NCBI RefSeq assembly: GCF_018350175.1
Contig: NC_058368.1
Coordinates: 183,026,001-183,090,000, forward strand
Source: Felis catus
Taxonomy: Eukaryota
Direction: 5' to 3'
Length of the DNA stretch: 64,000 bases
This document shows positions 12,227 to 24,928 of the stretch, one piece after another. How positions within the stretch are numbered: position 1 is the stretch's first letter; each line of letters opens with the position of its first letter. The position numbers were made by a program, and so were the translations under genes. Under the pieces are notes generated by a model, which had not been told where the DNA came from, searched no databases, and saw nothing but the letters and a program-made list of their open reading frames with translations.

Positions 12227-13952
12227 TTTTCACGTTGTTTTAACATTGCAGCCAAAAACATTCTTTATAAATGACCAAATAGATAAGCTGTAGCATCACA
12301 TGAATAATACAATGCCCTTATAAACCATGATGCTTTTGGTTCCAAGTAATTGGAGCCTGAGAAATGAAATGTTTGCCACTTACTTTGAATTAACCTGAAT
12401 GGCTACAATCTGAGTCCTGAATTCCTACAAAGCTTTCCAAAATCTACTTTGGAGCAAACTGAAAGGAACTGCTTAGTCATTTTTATTTGCTATTCCTGAC
12501 ACATTTTTCTCTGTTTTATAGCACCAAAGGTCTTAACATAAAATAGGGGAGAGTTTTTAAGAAAGTGGGTAGATATTTTGGAAATCTTTTACACTTGAAC
12601 TTCAGCTCAGAAGTATATTTAGACAAAATATAAATCCTTTCTAACCTCATTCAGTCAGTTGCTTACATTTTAGGTTGCAAGATTTCAAACTGCACTCTAT
12701 ATTTATTGAGCTCAGTGAGGCAAATGTCTATTAAAACCTCAGCAAGCAACTTAGAAACTATTAAAAATCCTCCAAAGGGACGTCACTGTTAAAGTCAGTC
12801 AATAAATTAACCACTGGGTTAGGCAGGATGGAGACTCATCTGTCTTTTTGAACACTGTTAATGAAGCCTACATTTTTGTATGTTAGTTCCTGCGAAACTG
12901 CCTGTGACACATGTTTCTTAGCTACTTTGCCTCATGTCCAGGCATTAAGTGTCTCGTAGTTCATTAGAACACTGATGATGTGTAATTATCTCACAAAGGT
13001 TGTCACCAAACAGAAATTTAGAGAACAATTATAATAGTTGGAAATTATCATTAGAGACACATTATCTGGGCATGCTACATGGCTGCTCTTACACAGACTG
13101 AAGAGGCTTCAATGATAAATCTGTGGGCTAACCACCTGTAGTATTATTTTTTTATATATTCCAAGTAGAGATATTTTAACATAACTTAACACATGCACAC
13201 AAATACAAACATTCACAATATTAGAAAACCATTAAATGTTTCTCATAATGTAAACTCCAAAGCTCTTCTTTAGCAATGATATCTAATTTTCTTCCCTCTT
13301 CAATGGCAATTGTGAGCTGTTCTAACATCATCAGAATATCATAAGGCAAAACAGGCTTTGAAATGGAAACTTATCTTCAGTAAAGTAAACAGAGTTATTG
13401 TGCTCAATATCTATACTTCCTTATAGGTCTTAATTATGGAAATTATCAAATTTCCTAAAAAACTAGTAAGTCTATATAGATCATCTGCTGTTGCTGACAT
13501 TATGTGAAGGTTAAAGAAATGTTCTCATTTACTTTTTCTTCAATGTAATTGGATATTAGAAGCTTTCAAGAATAAAATAAGAAAATCATGATGTCATCAA
13601 ATGATATTTCAAAAGTAAACTATGACCTGACTTATAGTCTAATAATTAAATGGCATACCCACTTTTGTGACATATTTAAGAATCTCCCACTACACAGAGT
13701 TACTGACTAAAGTCCGCTTTCAATGGGACAATATAACATTCATAAAATTAGGACACAATGAGTAGAAAGACTTTATATTAAAGAGTTCAGGATTTTTTTT
13801 AACCTTATAGTTTTTCTACAATACTATTCAAACACTATTTCTCAGCTTAAAAAAAGTGCCCACAGTGTATAACAATTAACATTTTTCAAAACTGCTCATA
13901 TGTTTTCTATGGGAAAAGGCTTGAGGTTTGGTCAGAATGGAGAATACTGTCT

Positions 13953-14151
13953 GGGGCACCTGGGTGGCTCAGTCCGTTAAACGTCCAACTTTGGCTCAGG
14001 TCATGATTTCACCATTTGTGAGTCTGACCCCATAATGGGCTCTGTACTGACAGCTCAGAGTCTGGAGCCTGCTTCAGATTCAATGTTTCCCACTCTCTCT
14101 GCCCTCCCCCCCACCCTCAAAAATAAATAAAACACCAAAAAAAAAAAAAAA
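13953..14151 (+). mobile_element. CanSINE
   Basis: ggggcacctgggtggctcagtccgttaa head, poly-A tail, TSD agaatggagaatactgt at 13934-13950 and 14152-14168. Confidence 0.96.
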
Positions 14152-14514
14152 AGAATGGAGAATACTGTGTATTTTTCTGTGGTTCTTTTACATGGAGATT
14201 GCATTTGTTTTTAGACTGAAAAGTTTTGTTTAAGATTCATATTCTGACGGATTTTTATGACAAAAAGAAGTTACCATGTATACACAAAGGCCAAGGGATC
14301 ACATGACTCAAAATCCCATAAAAGAAGGGAAAATAATGGTCTTTTTAATAATTATTTTCCCAGACTCTGGCATGATACCTGGGATATAGTATTAAAAAAA
14401 ATGTTGTAGAATAAACCACCAAAAGTATAACAAATAGAATGTATGAAGACAATCTCAGGACAGAATTAAACTCAGATTCATTCTTTGAATTGATTAATCA
14501 AGAGGACAAAATCT

Positions 14515-14690
14515 GGGGCACTTAGGTGGCTCAGTAGATAGAGCATCTGGCTCTTGATTTCAGTTCAGGTCATTATCTCACGGTTCATGAGATTGAGCCC
14601 CACATAGTATTAAGCCTGCTTGGGATTCTCTTCTTCTCTCCCTCTGCCCCTCTCCCCAACTCTCAAAAATAATAAATAAATAAATAATAA
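14515..14690 (+). mobile_element. CanSINE (internally deleted)
   Basis: ggggcacttaggtggctcag head, CT tract, (AAAT)n tail. Confidence 0.9.
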
Positions 14691-14845
14691 GAAATTTAAT
14701 TAGGAATATGTAGAGGAACTACACACCATAGATACTATGGATTTACATGGCTCTATTGAGAGCTAGGGAGATAATCATAAAGGTATAGAATTTGACAAAA
14801 CAACAATATATAGTACAACTTATTTTCAAGAATATGCAAGTAACT

Positions 14846-15065
14846 GGGGCGCCTGGGTGGCTCAGTCACTTAAGCATCCACAAGGCACAGGTCATGAACT
14901 CAACGGTTTGTGGGTTCAAACCCCCACGTTGGGCTCTGTGCTGACAGCTCAGAGACTGGAGCCTGCTTGGATTCTGGGTCTCCCTCTCTCTCTCTGCACC
15001 TACCCTACTTGTGCTCTGTGTCTGTCTCTCAAAAATAAATAAAACATTTAAAAAAAATTTAAAAA
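14846..15065 (+). mobile_element. CanSINE
   Basis: ggggcgcctgggtggctcagtc head, CT tract, A tail. Confidence 0.93.
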
Positions 15066-15205
15066 GCAGAAGAATATATAATTTTAAAAGCTAACTAAAT
15101 ATTATGTACCTCTAAAAATCATAGTAGTCCCATAATATTGGAATAATATGAATAATGTTCTCTGATGACAATATAATAAAACTAGAAGTGAATTACAAAA
15201 TTTTA

Positions 15206-15445
15206 TTTTTCTTTTATTTTTTTTAACGTTTATTTATTTTTATTTTTATTTTTATTTTTGAGACAGAGAGAGACAGAGCATGAACGGGGGAGGGGCAGAG
15301 AGAGAGGGAGACACAGAATCAGAAGCAGGCTCCAGGCTCCAAGCCATCAGCCCAGAGCCTGACACGGCGCTCGAACTCACGGACCGCGAGATCGTAACCT
15401 GAGCTGAAGTAGGACGCTCAACCGACTGAGCCACCCAGGAGCCCC
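15206..15445 (-). mobile_element. Felid CanSINE (SINEC_Fc-like), young
   Basis: CpGs retained; perfect TSD tgaattacaaaatttta at 15189-15205 and 15446-15462. Confidence 0.96.
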
Positions 15446-15799
15446 TGAATTACAAAATTTTATAAACAACATTTTGCTTAGAAATTTTAAAATTCTCTGA
15501 TAAATAATTCATCTATCAAAAAGTACAGAAAAATATTACATATATATTCGAACTAATTATAATTAAAAAAACCCTCTATAAGAATCTATAAATGAAGCAG
15601 CGATCATAGGAAAATGTAGAGCCTTAAAATATAAATATTATTTTTTTAAATATGACAAAAAATTAAGTTTCCATTTCAAAAAGTTGAAAAAAGAAGTGCA
15701 AATAAAAAGAAATAAGAGTAAACAAAAATAAATGCAGAAATCAATAACTAATAAATATAAGTAAATGATATAAAATAAGTTTAAAAAGCTTATTCTTTT

Positions 15800-16057
15800 A
15801 TTTATTTTTTAAAGAATAGTTTTATAACAATATTGAATATTTTTTAATTTTTTAAACATTTACTTATTTTTGAGAGACAGAGAGAGCATGAGTGGGATAG
15901 GGGCAGAGACAGAAGGACACACAGAATCTGAAGCAGGCTCCAGACTCTGAGCTGTTAGCACAGAGCCTGACGCAGGGCTCAAACTCACAAACTGTGAGAT
16001 CATGACCTGGGCTGAAGTCAGATGCTTAACCAACCGACTGAGCCACCCAGGTGCCCC
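15800..16057 (-). mobile_element. CanSINE with extended 3' tail
   Basis: Ends gagccacccaggtgcccc; probable TSD aag(c/t)ttattcttt near 15786 and 16060. Confidence 0.92.
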
Positions 16058-16087
16058 GGAAGTTTATTCTTTTAAAAGTCAAAAATA

Positions 16088-16276
16088 GGGGTGCCTACGT
16101 GACTCAGTCAATTAAGCATCTGGCCCTTGATTTTGGCTCAGGGTCATGATCTCACAGTTAATGAGATTGAGCCCCATGGCAGGACCAGAACCTGCTTGGG
16201 ATTCTTTCTCACCCCCTCTTTCTGCACCTCCCCAGCTTGTTGTCTCTATCTCAAAATAAACTTTAAAATAAATAAG
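16088..16276 (+). mobile_element. CanSINE
   Basis: TSD aaaagtcaaaaata at 16074-16087 and 16277-16290. Confidence 0.93.
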
Positions 16277-17427
16277 AAAAGTCAAAAATAAAGCTAAGTT
16301 AACTACTCAATAAAAAGTCATAGACATAAATACTTTTTCAAGACATGATGAAAGAGAAATGGCATTGAAACAAAACAAATTAAAAGACTATGTTATTATG
16401 CAAATTGATTTTAACACCTAGATAAAATTGATAAAGTTTCAGGAAAATATGCTTTACCAAATTAAACTCTGGCATATATAAAGAGTTTAAGGTTAAAAAA
16501 TTGCACAGTAAAGTCAAAGAAGTTATGAAATTAGAAAAAAGTATGAATACCAAATGGAATCACAGAAGAAATCTATCAAAACTTCCCAAATCCGGTAACT
16601 CCAGTGCTACTTAATATGCCCCAAAACATCCAATTTGCTAAATTATTTTTTGAAATGAGTATAATATAATATATACCTTAATAAAGCCTATACAAAAAGA
16701 AAGCTTTAAACTCTTCCTGAAAATTGGAGACCTCCACTCATTCTATAAGATCAACATTATGCTGATACCAAAACCAGAAAAAAAAAAAAAAGAATCAGAA
16801 AAGAAAACTGCAAACCAATATGTCTCATGAACATAGATGCAAATTTCCAGGCAAAATATTAGCAACATGAATCTAAGGGTATGCAAAATGATAATACTTG
16901 AATATTGAAAACAAAATTCACAATATTAAAAAATAATGAAAAACAATATGGCTGTCTCAAATGATGTGGATAAATCATGTGACACAACTTAGCATCCACT
17001 CTGCAGAAAAACGTTGCACACTAGAAGTACAAGAGAGTATCTTCAAATTAGTAAGGGTTATCTAAAAATCCTAAAGATAACATGATATTTAACTGTGAAA
17101 GACTTATTTTATCCTTCACATCAAGAACAACACATGGAAGTGTTTTCTCATCATTTCTTTTCAACATTTTACTTTGGTGAAGTAATGATTTAGACAGTGA
17201 AATAAAGAAACAAAAATTAATAGTACACAGCATATTAGAAAGAAAAAAGCAAAATTCCTATTATTTACAACTAGAATTTTATGTATGGAGAACTCCAATA
17301 GAATCTACAAAAATGCTATAAGATGCAGTAAGTTAGTTTACCAAGGTTGTAGGATCTTACAATCAATATCCAAAAAAAAAAAAAAAAAAAAAAAAAAAAC
17401 CAACACTGTTTCTCTATACTACCAATG

Positions 17428-17431
<4 letters not shown>

Positions 17432-17490
<59 letters not shown>
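17432..17490. repeat. Compound (TA)n(TG)n microsatellite
   Basis: Direct inspection; a long poly-A lies at 17372-17399. Confidence 0.95.
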
Positions 17491-17491
<1 letters not shown>

Positions 17492-17796
17492 TTGAAATTT
17501 TTAAAAATGCTATTATCAAAGCATCAAAAATAGAAAACATTTAGGGATAGACCTGACAAAAAATGTATAGGATTTGTACACTGAAGACTACAAAATGCAT
17601 TCAAGGGAGAACATAATGTAGTTCCAAGTAATGTTTTAGATGTCAAAATCTGCTTTTAAAAATCTTATATAATAACATAAGACCTTTAATATCTAAAACA
17701 ACTTTGCAGAGGAAGAGTTGAAGAACTATCACTGTCAAATTTCAAAACATTTTATTTATTTGTTTATTTAGTTTTAAAGTTTACATATATATATAT

Positions 17797-17999
17797 TTAA
17801 TGTTTTATTTATTTTTGAGAGACATACAGACAGAGTGCGAGTTGAGGAGGAGCAGAGAGAGGGAGACACAGATCTGAAGCAGGCTCCATGCTATGACCTT
17901 TCAGCACACAGCCCGATGCGGGGCTCTAACTCATGAACTGTGAGATCATGACTTGAGCCAAACTCGAATACTTAACCAACTGAGCCATCCAGGTGCCCC
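17797..17999 (-). mobile_element. CanSINE nested in the tail of the next SINE
   Basis: SINE body ends ccaggtgcccc; flanked by aaagttta(c/t)atat on both sides. Confidence 0.92.
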
Positions 18000-18000
18000 A

Positions 18001-18200
18001 AAAGTTTATATATTTATTTTTGAGAGAGAGAGGGGTAGGGAGCACACATTAGTGGGGAACGGGTAGAGAAAGAGGGAGAAAGAGAATTGTAAGCAGTCTC
18101 CATGGAACCTGATGCAGGGCTCGATCTCACAAACCATGAGATCATGACCTTAGCTGAAACCAAGAGTCATGCAGTTAACCATGAGCCACTCAGGTGCCCC
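18001..18200 (-). mobile_element. CanSINE (tail remnant at about 17750-17796)
   Basis: Ends gagccactcaggtgcccc. Confidence 0.9.
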
Positions 18201-18835
18201 AAGACTTATTTTAAACTTACAGTGATCAAGGCAACATATGTTTGGTGTCAAGATAGATGAATAGAACAGAACAGAATCCAGAAATAAACGTCTGTCTATA
18301 TATCATCAATTTATCCATATCTACATCTACAAATACATCTATATCTGTCATCCAAATCAATCTGATATACTTTCTTTCCTTACCATGAGAGAAAGCATAG
18401 TCTTTTCAACAAATTATGCCACGACAATTGGATATCCATATGCAAATACATTAACTTTGATCCATACTTTATACCACATACAGAAATCAACTCAAAAAAT
18501 AAACATAGTATAATTGATCATGTAAAACCTAAAAGAATAAAATTCTATAATATGTTAATATGATGATACAATATTATAGAATATAAAAATATAGGAGAAA
18601 ATTTATGACTTTAGGTTAGGAAAATATATCCCAAATATAAAACCAAAGCACAATCCATAAAACAAGAAATTGATTAATTGGATTTTATAAAATTAAATAT
18701 AAACAATGTTGTTTCTTGAAAGACACTGTTAAGAGAGAAAGATTAAGAGAAAATGTTTGCATTATATATCTGATAAAGGAGTAATATCCAGAATATAAAA
18801 AGAATTCTCCAATTCAATAAGAAAATAAACAACCA

Positions 18836-19051
18836 GGGGCGCCTGGGTGGCGCAGTCGGTTGAGCGTCCGACTTCAGCCAGGTCACGATCTCGCGGTCCG
18901 GGAGTTCGAGCCCCACGTCGGGCTCTAGGCTGATGGCTCAGAGCCTGGAGCCTGTTTCCGATTCTGTGTCTCCCTCTCTCTCTCTGCCCCTTCCCCGTTC
19001 ATGCTCTGTCTCTCTCTGTCCCAAAAATAAATAAACGTTGAAAAAAAAAAA
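18836..19051 (+). mobile_element. Felid CanSINE (SINEC_Fc-like), young
   Basis: A box TGGCGCAGTCGG, B box GTTCGAGCC, many CpGs; perfect TSD aagaaaataaacaacca at 18819-18835 and 19052-19068. Confidence 0.97.
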
Positions 19052-19566
19052 AAGAAAATAAACAACCAATAAAATATGGTCAAAACAATTGAGCAAATAC
19101 TTCACCAAAGAAGATGATTAAAAAATGCATATACTCTATTAGACTTTATGTAATTTTTTTTAAGAATATAAACTAATCTATGGTAACAGTAGGTCAGTGT
19201 TTATCTTGGATTATTAACGATTTGGAGTTAGGGGTTAAGAACAGAGAAGGGTAGGAATAATTTATTGCAAGGAATTATGAGGAAAGTTTTGAAGGTGATA
19301 AATAAATTCATTTTCCTAATTTTATGGGTGGCTTCACAGGTGTATACCTATGTCAAAATCGTATGAAATTGCTTACTTTCAATATCTATAGTTTATTGAA
19401 TTCAATTACACTTCATTAAAGCTGTAAAAATAAATTCATGGGGAGTATGTCCTAAGGTTGAAAACAGAACTACATTAAAAATGAAAATCAAGAGAATATG
19501 TAGAAAAATAAAAAAAAATATTTGGAAATTAAGCAACACATTTCTAAATATAAGAACTATGGAGTA

Positions 19567-19776
19567 GTGGAGCCTGGGTGGCTCAGTCAGTGTAGTGTCC
19601 TACTCTTGATTTCAGATCAGGTCATGATCCTAGGTTGTGGAATCCAGTCCTATGTTGGGTGAGAATGGAGCCTGCTTAAGATTCTCTCTCTCCTTCCATC
19701 CCTACCCTCACTTGCACACACCCTTTCTCTCTCAAAGCAAGCAAGCAAACAAACAAACAAACAAACAAAAACACAA
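19567..19776 (+). mobile_element. CanSINE with (AAGC)n(AAAC)n tail
   Basis: gcctgggtggctcagtcag head; probable outer TSD actatggagta / aatatggaata. Confidence 0.9.
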
Positions 19777-19985
19777 GGGGTGTCTGGGTGGCTTAGTCAG
19801 TTGAGCAGCTGATTCTTGATTTCAGCTCAGGTGATGATCTCACGGTCCATGAGATGAAGCCCACATCAGGATCTGTGCCAACAGTGTGGATCCTACTTGG
19901 GATTCTGTCTCTCCCTCTCTCTCTCTGTCCCTCCCCAACTCATGTTCACTCTCTTTCTCTCTCAAATAAACTTTAAAAATAAAAC
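19777..19985 (+). mobile_element. CanSINE inserted in the tail of the preceding SINE
   Basis: ggggtgtctgggtggcttagtcag head; A-rich tail continues as (AAC)n. Confidence 0.92.
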
Positions 19986-20974
19986 AAAACAAAGCAACAA
20001 CAACAACAACAACAAACAATATGGAATAAGTCTCAAGCGAACTGGAAGAGATTTTCAATTGAATAATAATGAAAATACAATATATCAAAACTTGAGGGAT
20101 TCATTTAAAGTGGTGTTGGTGGAAAAACATCATTAAATGCTTTTATTAGAAATTAAAAATCTATAATCGATTAATTAAGATTCTCAGGAGAAATGTAATA
20201 CTAGAAATCAATAAAATATTCAATATATGAAAATATAAATCTACAAAAAGATCAAGAAAATTGATAAATCCCCAGATTGGTAAAAAAAAAAAAATGGAAT
20301 AGAGTATACTAATATCAGAATGAAAACCCTTTAGATACTAAGCAAGTCATAAAGAATTTTATACCAATACATTTTTCAACAAATAGTAGGTACAAGTTTC
20401 TCAAAAAGTAAAACTAATAAAACCATTGCAAAAGGGAAATTTCAGGTCCATCTGATATAACTGGTGTATTTTTTCAAACATTTAAGAAGAAATGACCTCA
20501 ATCTCATATTTTACAACGGATTTCATTCATGAGCCAGAATTATGCAGATATCAAATCCTGACCAAAAAAAGACATTTAAAAACTTATTCTCTAATATCCC
20601 TCATTAATGTAGGCACAACAGTCCTTGCAGATAGTGTCATACAGTTTTCTCCTAAGATTATTAACAAAGAATCCCTGCCCCCCTCATTATTTCAATTCAT
20701 TACTATTAGAGGTGACAGTCAATGAATTAAATAAAACAAGATAAAGAAATAAAGCATCAGTTTGGAAGCAAAGAAGTTAAGATCCCATCACTGATCTATG
20801 ACTTCACTGTTTATGCACAAAATCCTAAGCAATTTACAAATAACTAGAACTAGCCAGCACCTGAATTTACCAAGTTTACAGCATCTAAGTTTAAATTCAA
20901 GATTCAATGCATTTTTATGCACAAGTTACAAATTATGACAAACTACAATGTAAAAGGTGCTATTTACACTAATT

Positions 20975-21440
20975 CAAAAAGGTATATGCACCACTATGTT
21001 TATTGCAGCACAATTTAAAACGGCCAAGATATGGAAGCAACTGATATGCCCATTGATAGAAAAATGAATAAAAATGTGATATATATACACAATGGGATAT
21101 TACTCAGCCATAAAAAAGAATGAGACTTTGCCATGTGTGACAATTATGCATGGATCTAGAGAATATTATGCCAAGTGAAATAAGTCAAACAGAGAAAGGC
21201 AAGTACCATGTGATTTCACTCATATGTTGAATCCAAGAAAATGAAACAAATGAACCAGCAAACAAACTAAAATCTAGACTTCAATACACAGAATGAATTG
21301 GTTGTCAGAAGGGAGGTAGGTAGGGGTGGAAGGGTGAAATAAAGGAGATTAAGAGTTACAAACTTCTAGTTATAAAACAAATTAGTTACATCGATTAAAA
21401 AGTACAGCATAAGAAAAATAGGCAATCATATGTAATATGT
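20975..21440 (+). mobile_element. Younger L1 3' fragment (L1MA/carnivore-type) inserted in the older L1
   Basis: atgtttattgcagcacaattt...gccaagatatggaagcaac...tactcagccataaaaaagaatgag. Confidence 0.85.
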
Positions 21441-21576
21441 ATGGTTTAAAAATGTGCTATTACAAAAGCCAAGAAATAATAAAAGAATTAGAAAGAAATT
21501 TCACAAAAAGACATGGAACACTTCTGCAAGGGAAATGACAAAAAATCCCTGAGAGATGTAAAGGAAGATGTAGATA

Positions 21577-22045
21577 CAAGCATATCTCAGATATATTGTG
21601 GGTTCAGGTCCAGACTACCTTAATAAAGCAAATACTGCAATAAAGTAAGCCAGATGATTTTTTTTGTTTTCCTAGTCATATAAAAGTGATGTTAATATTA
21701 AAAAGTAGTCTATTAAGTGTGCAAAAGTATTATGTCTTTAAAAAATGTGTGCAACATAATTTAAAAATACTTTATTGCTAAAAACTGCTAACCATCATCT
21801 GAGCTTTCAGTGAGTTGGTATCATTGATTACAGATCACTGTAATAAATAAAATAATAATAAAAAAAACCTCCAAATACTGTGAAAATTACCAAAATGTGA
21901 CACAGAGACATGAAGTGAGCAAATGCTGGAAAAATGTTGTCAATAGACTTGCTGGACACGGGGTTGCTACAAACTTTCAATTTGTAAAAAATGTAATATC
22001 TAAAAAGTGTAGCAAGAAACAGCACAGTAAAATGAAGTATGTCTA
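21577..22045 (-). mobile_element. Tigger1-derived non-autonomous DNA transposon (MITE)
   Basis: Left end TA|caagcatatctcagatatattgtgggttcaggtccagactacc and right end gcacagtaaaatgaagtatgtct resemble the two Tigger1 termini (TIR CAGGCATACCTC); no transposase ORF. Confidence 0.88.
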
Positions 22046-22159
22046 GAAGTAGATATGGCTGTTTCACATATTAGATAACTCAGTATTGTTAAAATGTCAT
22101 ACACCCCAAAATGATTTATAGATTCAGAGCAACTTTAACCAAAATCCCCTCAGGCTTTA

Positions 22160-22171
22160 TTTTATTATTAC

Positions 22172-22205
<34 letters not shown>
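22160..22205. repeat. (TTA)n microsatellite
   Basis: Direct inspection. Confidence 0.9.
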
Positions 22206-22427
22206 GGAAATCAGCAGTCTTACTGTAAAATGTTAATGCAAATGTGCAAATGTAAATGTAAAGAGCCTAGACTATCAAAGTAATCTGAAAAAGAACATAG
22301 TTGGAGGATTTACATTACCTGATTTCAAGACTTACAATGCTATAGTAATCAAGACAATTTTATACTGGAAAAATTTTTGACAAATATATCACTGACAAAA
22401 TAAAGAGCTCAAATATTGAACCTTTCT

Positions 22428-22657
22428 GGGGCTCCTGGGTGGTTCAGTTGGTTAGCATCCAACTCTTGATTTGGCTTAGGCCATGATCTCATGGTTCATG
22501 AGACCTAGCCCAACATCAGGCTCTGGGCTTACAATGCAGAAAACCTGCTTAGGATTCTCTTTCTCCCTCTCTCTCTCTGCCCCTCTCCCATTTGCACTCT
22601 CACTCTCTTTCTCTTTCTCTCTCAGAAATAAAGAAACTCTTTAAAAACAATTTTAAA
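22428..22657 (+). mobile_element. CanSINE
   Basis: ggggctcctgggtggttcag head; imperfect TSD aaatattgaacctttct / aaatagaacctctct. Confidence 0.92.
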
Positions 22658-24709
22658 AAAATAGAACCTCTCTGCCATTTGATTTTTTTTTAATGCCAAA
22701 GCACTACAAAGGAGAAAAAAAATATTTTTAACAAACTGTTTTAGAACAACTTTGTCTGTAAGAAAATGAACCTCAACTCCCACTTCACTCTATATACAAA
22801 ATTAATTAGAGATGGATGTGTAGATTTATATATAAGATCTAATATTATAAAGCTATTGTAAGATACATTGGGGAACATCTGCATGATGAGAGAGTAATAC
22901 AGGTTTTTAGATAAAACATAGAAAGCAAAACTTAAAATTATATCTTATTGAAATAAAATATTTTTTTCTCATCTAATGATTCTATTAAAATAAATAGGCA
23001 TATAATATATGCCTATAATATAAACTAATGATATTTTCTCTATATAGAGATAAACATAGCTGTAGTGTTTTGTTTTGTTAATTTCCACTTCTTAATTGAG
23101 AGAGCCCAGAGCAATGACTATTCAGTATCTATGAGCACACCTAGTGCCCAGACCCTGCTTTCTACATACCTTACATAATCAAAAGGAACAAGTGTTATTG
23201 GAGAAATGTTTTATTCCACTTCTAAGTTAGGAAAAGGGAGACTTTGAAAGTGACTAACACATGCAATAAATAAAATCTTGTGGTTAGAGGTGACGATGGG
23301 AAAAAAGAACAGAGAAATAAAATGAAGATAAATTCATTTGTGACCATTGTAGTAACTATTATATCAAGTCCTTACTAGGAAAATTGGTAATTGATGGATA
23401 AGAAAGCGCATGTATCTATCTATTGTAGCTTTGTATGTATTTTTGTATATATCTATCTATGTATCTTTGAAGAGTATGGTAGTTCATTCTCCTTTGAACC
23501 ACAGAAGTTGGAATCTGAAGATCATTCTTTGTAACAGTGAAGTAAAATTAACTTTGCAACTCCCACTAAAATTATTTCAGGCAAGCATTAATGAATATTA
23601 AAAGCATTAGTTGTTGTCAATTATTAGCCACAAAGTTTTATTTCAAAGGGAAAAAAAAATACTCAAACAGTTCTGATGGTTGCCCTCAGAACAAAGAAAT
23701 CAACTTCACTGTCTCACACTGTGAGAAAAACTGACATCGTTTGCAATGAGATGCAATATGAAGTAGATATTGTTACCTCAAATGGATGTTTGTCTGAAAT
23801 AGTTAACTTGAATCTATTCCACCTTTAGATGTAACTTCCAAGGAAGAGATATATGATAAAGGCAAGGCTCCTTGCTACAGCAGACAATCAGAAATATCTC
23901 AAATGTAGAGTATATTACAAGAAAACTATTCTGGTGTCTGATGTCTTTAAAAAGTCATGAGAAATCACAATAACAAAAAAGATAAGACTGTAGAGATTAA
24001 AATTATGAGCCTAAGAAGATATAACCTAAAGGGAAAAACCTTGATTTTATCTTGGTTTAAAAGAGAAAACAAAAATAGCTCTTAGAGACATTTTGGAATT
24101 TTGAATGTGGACTGTATTTTAGATAATATTAGTGATTTTTAAGTGATATTACTATTTTTGTATAATGTTTCTATGGCATTTACATAGAAAAATAAACTTT
24201 TAAGAGAAACATATTGGAGTATTTAGGTCTAAAGTTCTATTATAACTGTGCCAATTCCAATGGTTCAGAAAAAAAGCATACACACACAAAAAAAATCATA
24301 GATAGATAGATATATAAAATAAATATGGCAAATAACCTTAGTCTAGCTGGTGGTTATATAGGTACTTAGTATCCTATCCTTTATGTTTTTTGTATAATTA
24401 AAAATTTTAATCATAAAATTTTGAAGAAAATTTTAATTAATACAATGCAATATGTTTTTAAATTTTTAATAGCATTATCAATCCCTTTCTAAGAATGACC
24501 CCCATTTCTCCCTAGTCCCTTGGGTTTAGTGACCCAAGTCAGGATTCCACAAAAAAAATTTCTCATAGAGTAATGATATGCCTCAAAATTACAGAATGTG
24601 AGTGAATGCTATGCTCTAGAGTTGTTTTTCCCCATTCTAAAGAAGTCCCAAGACCCACAAAGAAAAAGAAAGTCTCAAGAACTAAACAGGAAGAAGGCAA
24701 CATGGAAGA

Positions 24710-24928
24710 ATACAAAGGGTATGGGATTTAGAGACAGAATTAGATGAAAATCTCCGTACGGCCATTTTCTAGCAAACAAAGTCTCTAAGACTTTTCATTC
24801 TTTATCTGATAAATTAGTATGTCAGTGTGTAACCCATAGAGTTGTTGTGAGAATTAAATGAAGAATTAAAACATGTAAAGAGTATATCCTAGGGACTGGC
24901 ATAGTGCATAACAGCATAACCAATTATC
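24710..24928 (+). mobile_element. MIR
   Basis: catagagttgttgtgagaattaaatgaag...catgtaaag...ctggcatagt. Confidence 0.75.

Larger units (their letters stand above)
14700..19432 (+). mobile_element. Old LINE-1 (L1M-type) ORF2 and 3' end, fragmented by 7 SINEs; possibly more than one element
   Basis: EN-like sequence 14740-15600; RT-like ctgataccaaaaccaga...ccaatatgtctcatgaacatagatgcaaa at 16760-16845; 3' end caattacacttcattaaagctgtaaaaa near 19430. Confidence 0.8.
19470..24425 (+). mobile_element. Old LINE-1 (L1MC/L1ME-like) ORF2 remnants and long 3'UTR, multiply interrupted
   Basis: tttggaaattaagcaacacatttctaaat; ttggaggatttacattacctgatttcaagactt; 3'UTR agagcaatgac...atgagcacacctagtgcccaga; 3' end near 24420. 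Confidence 0.75.

Noticed and set aside
18836..18920. tRNA gene suggested by A/B boxes (likewise other SINE heads)
   Set aside because: These are tRNA-derived CanSINE heads followed by a CT tract, A tail and TSD.
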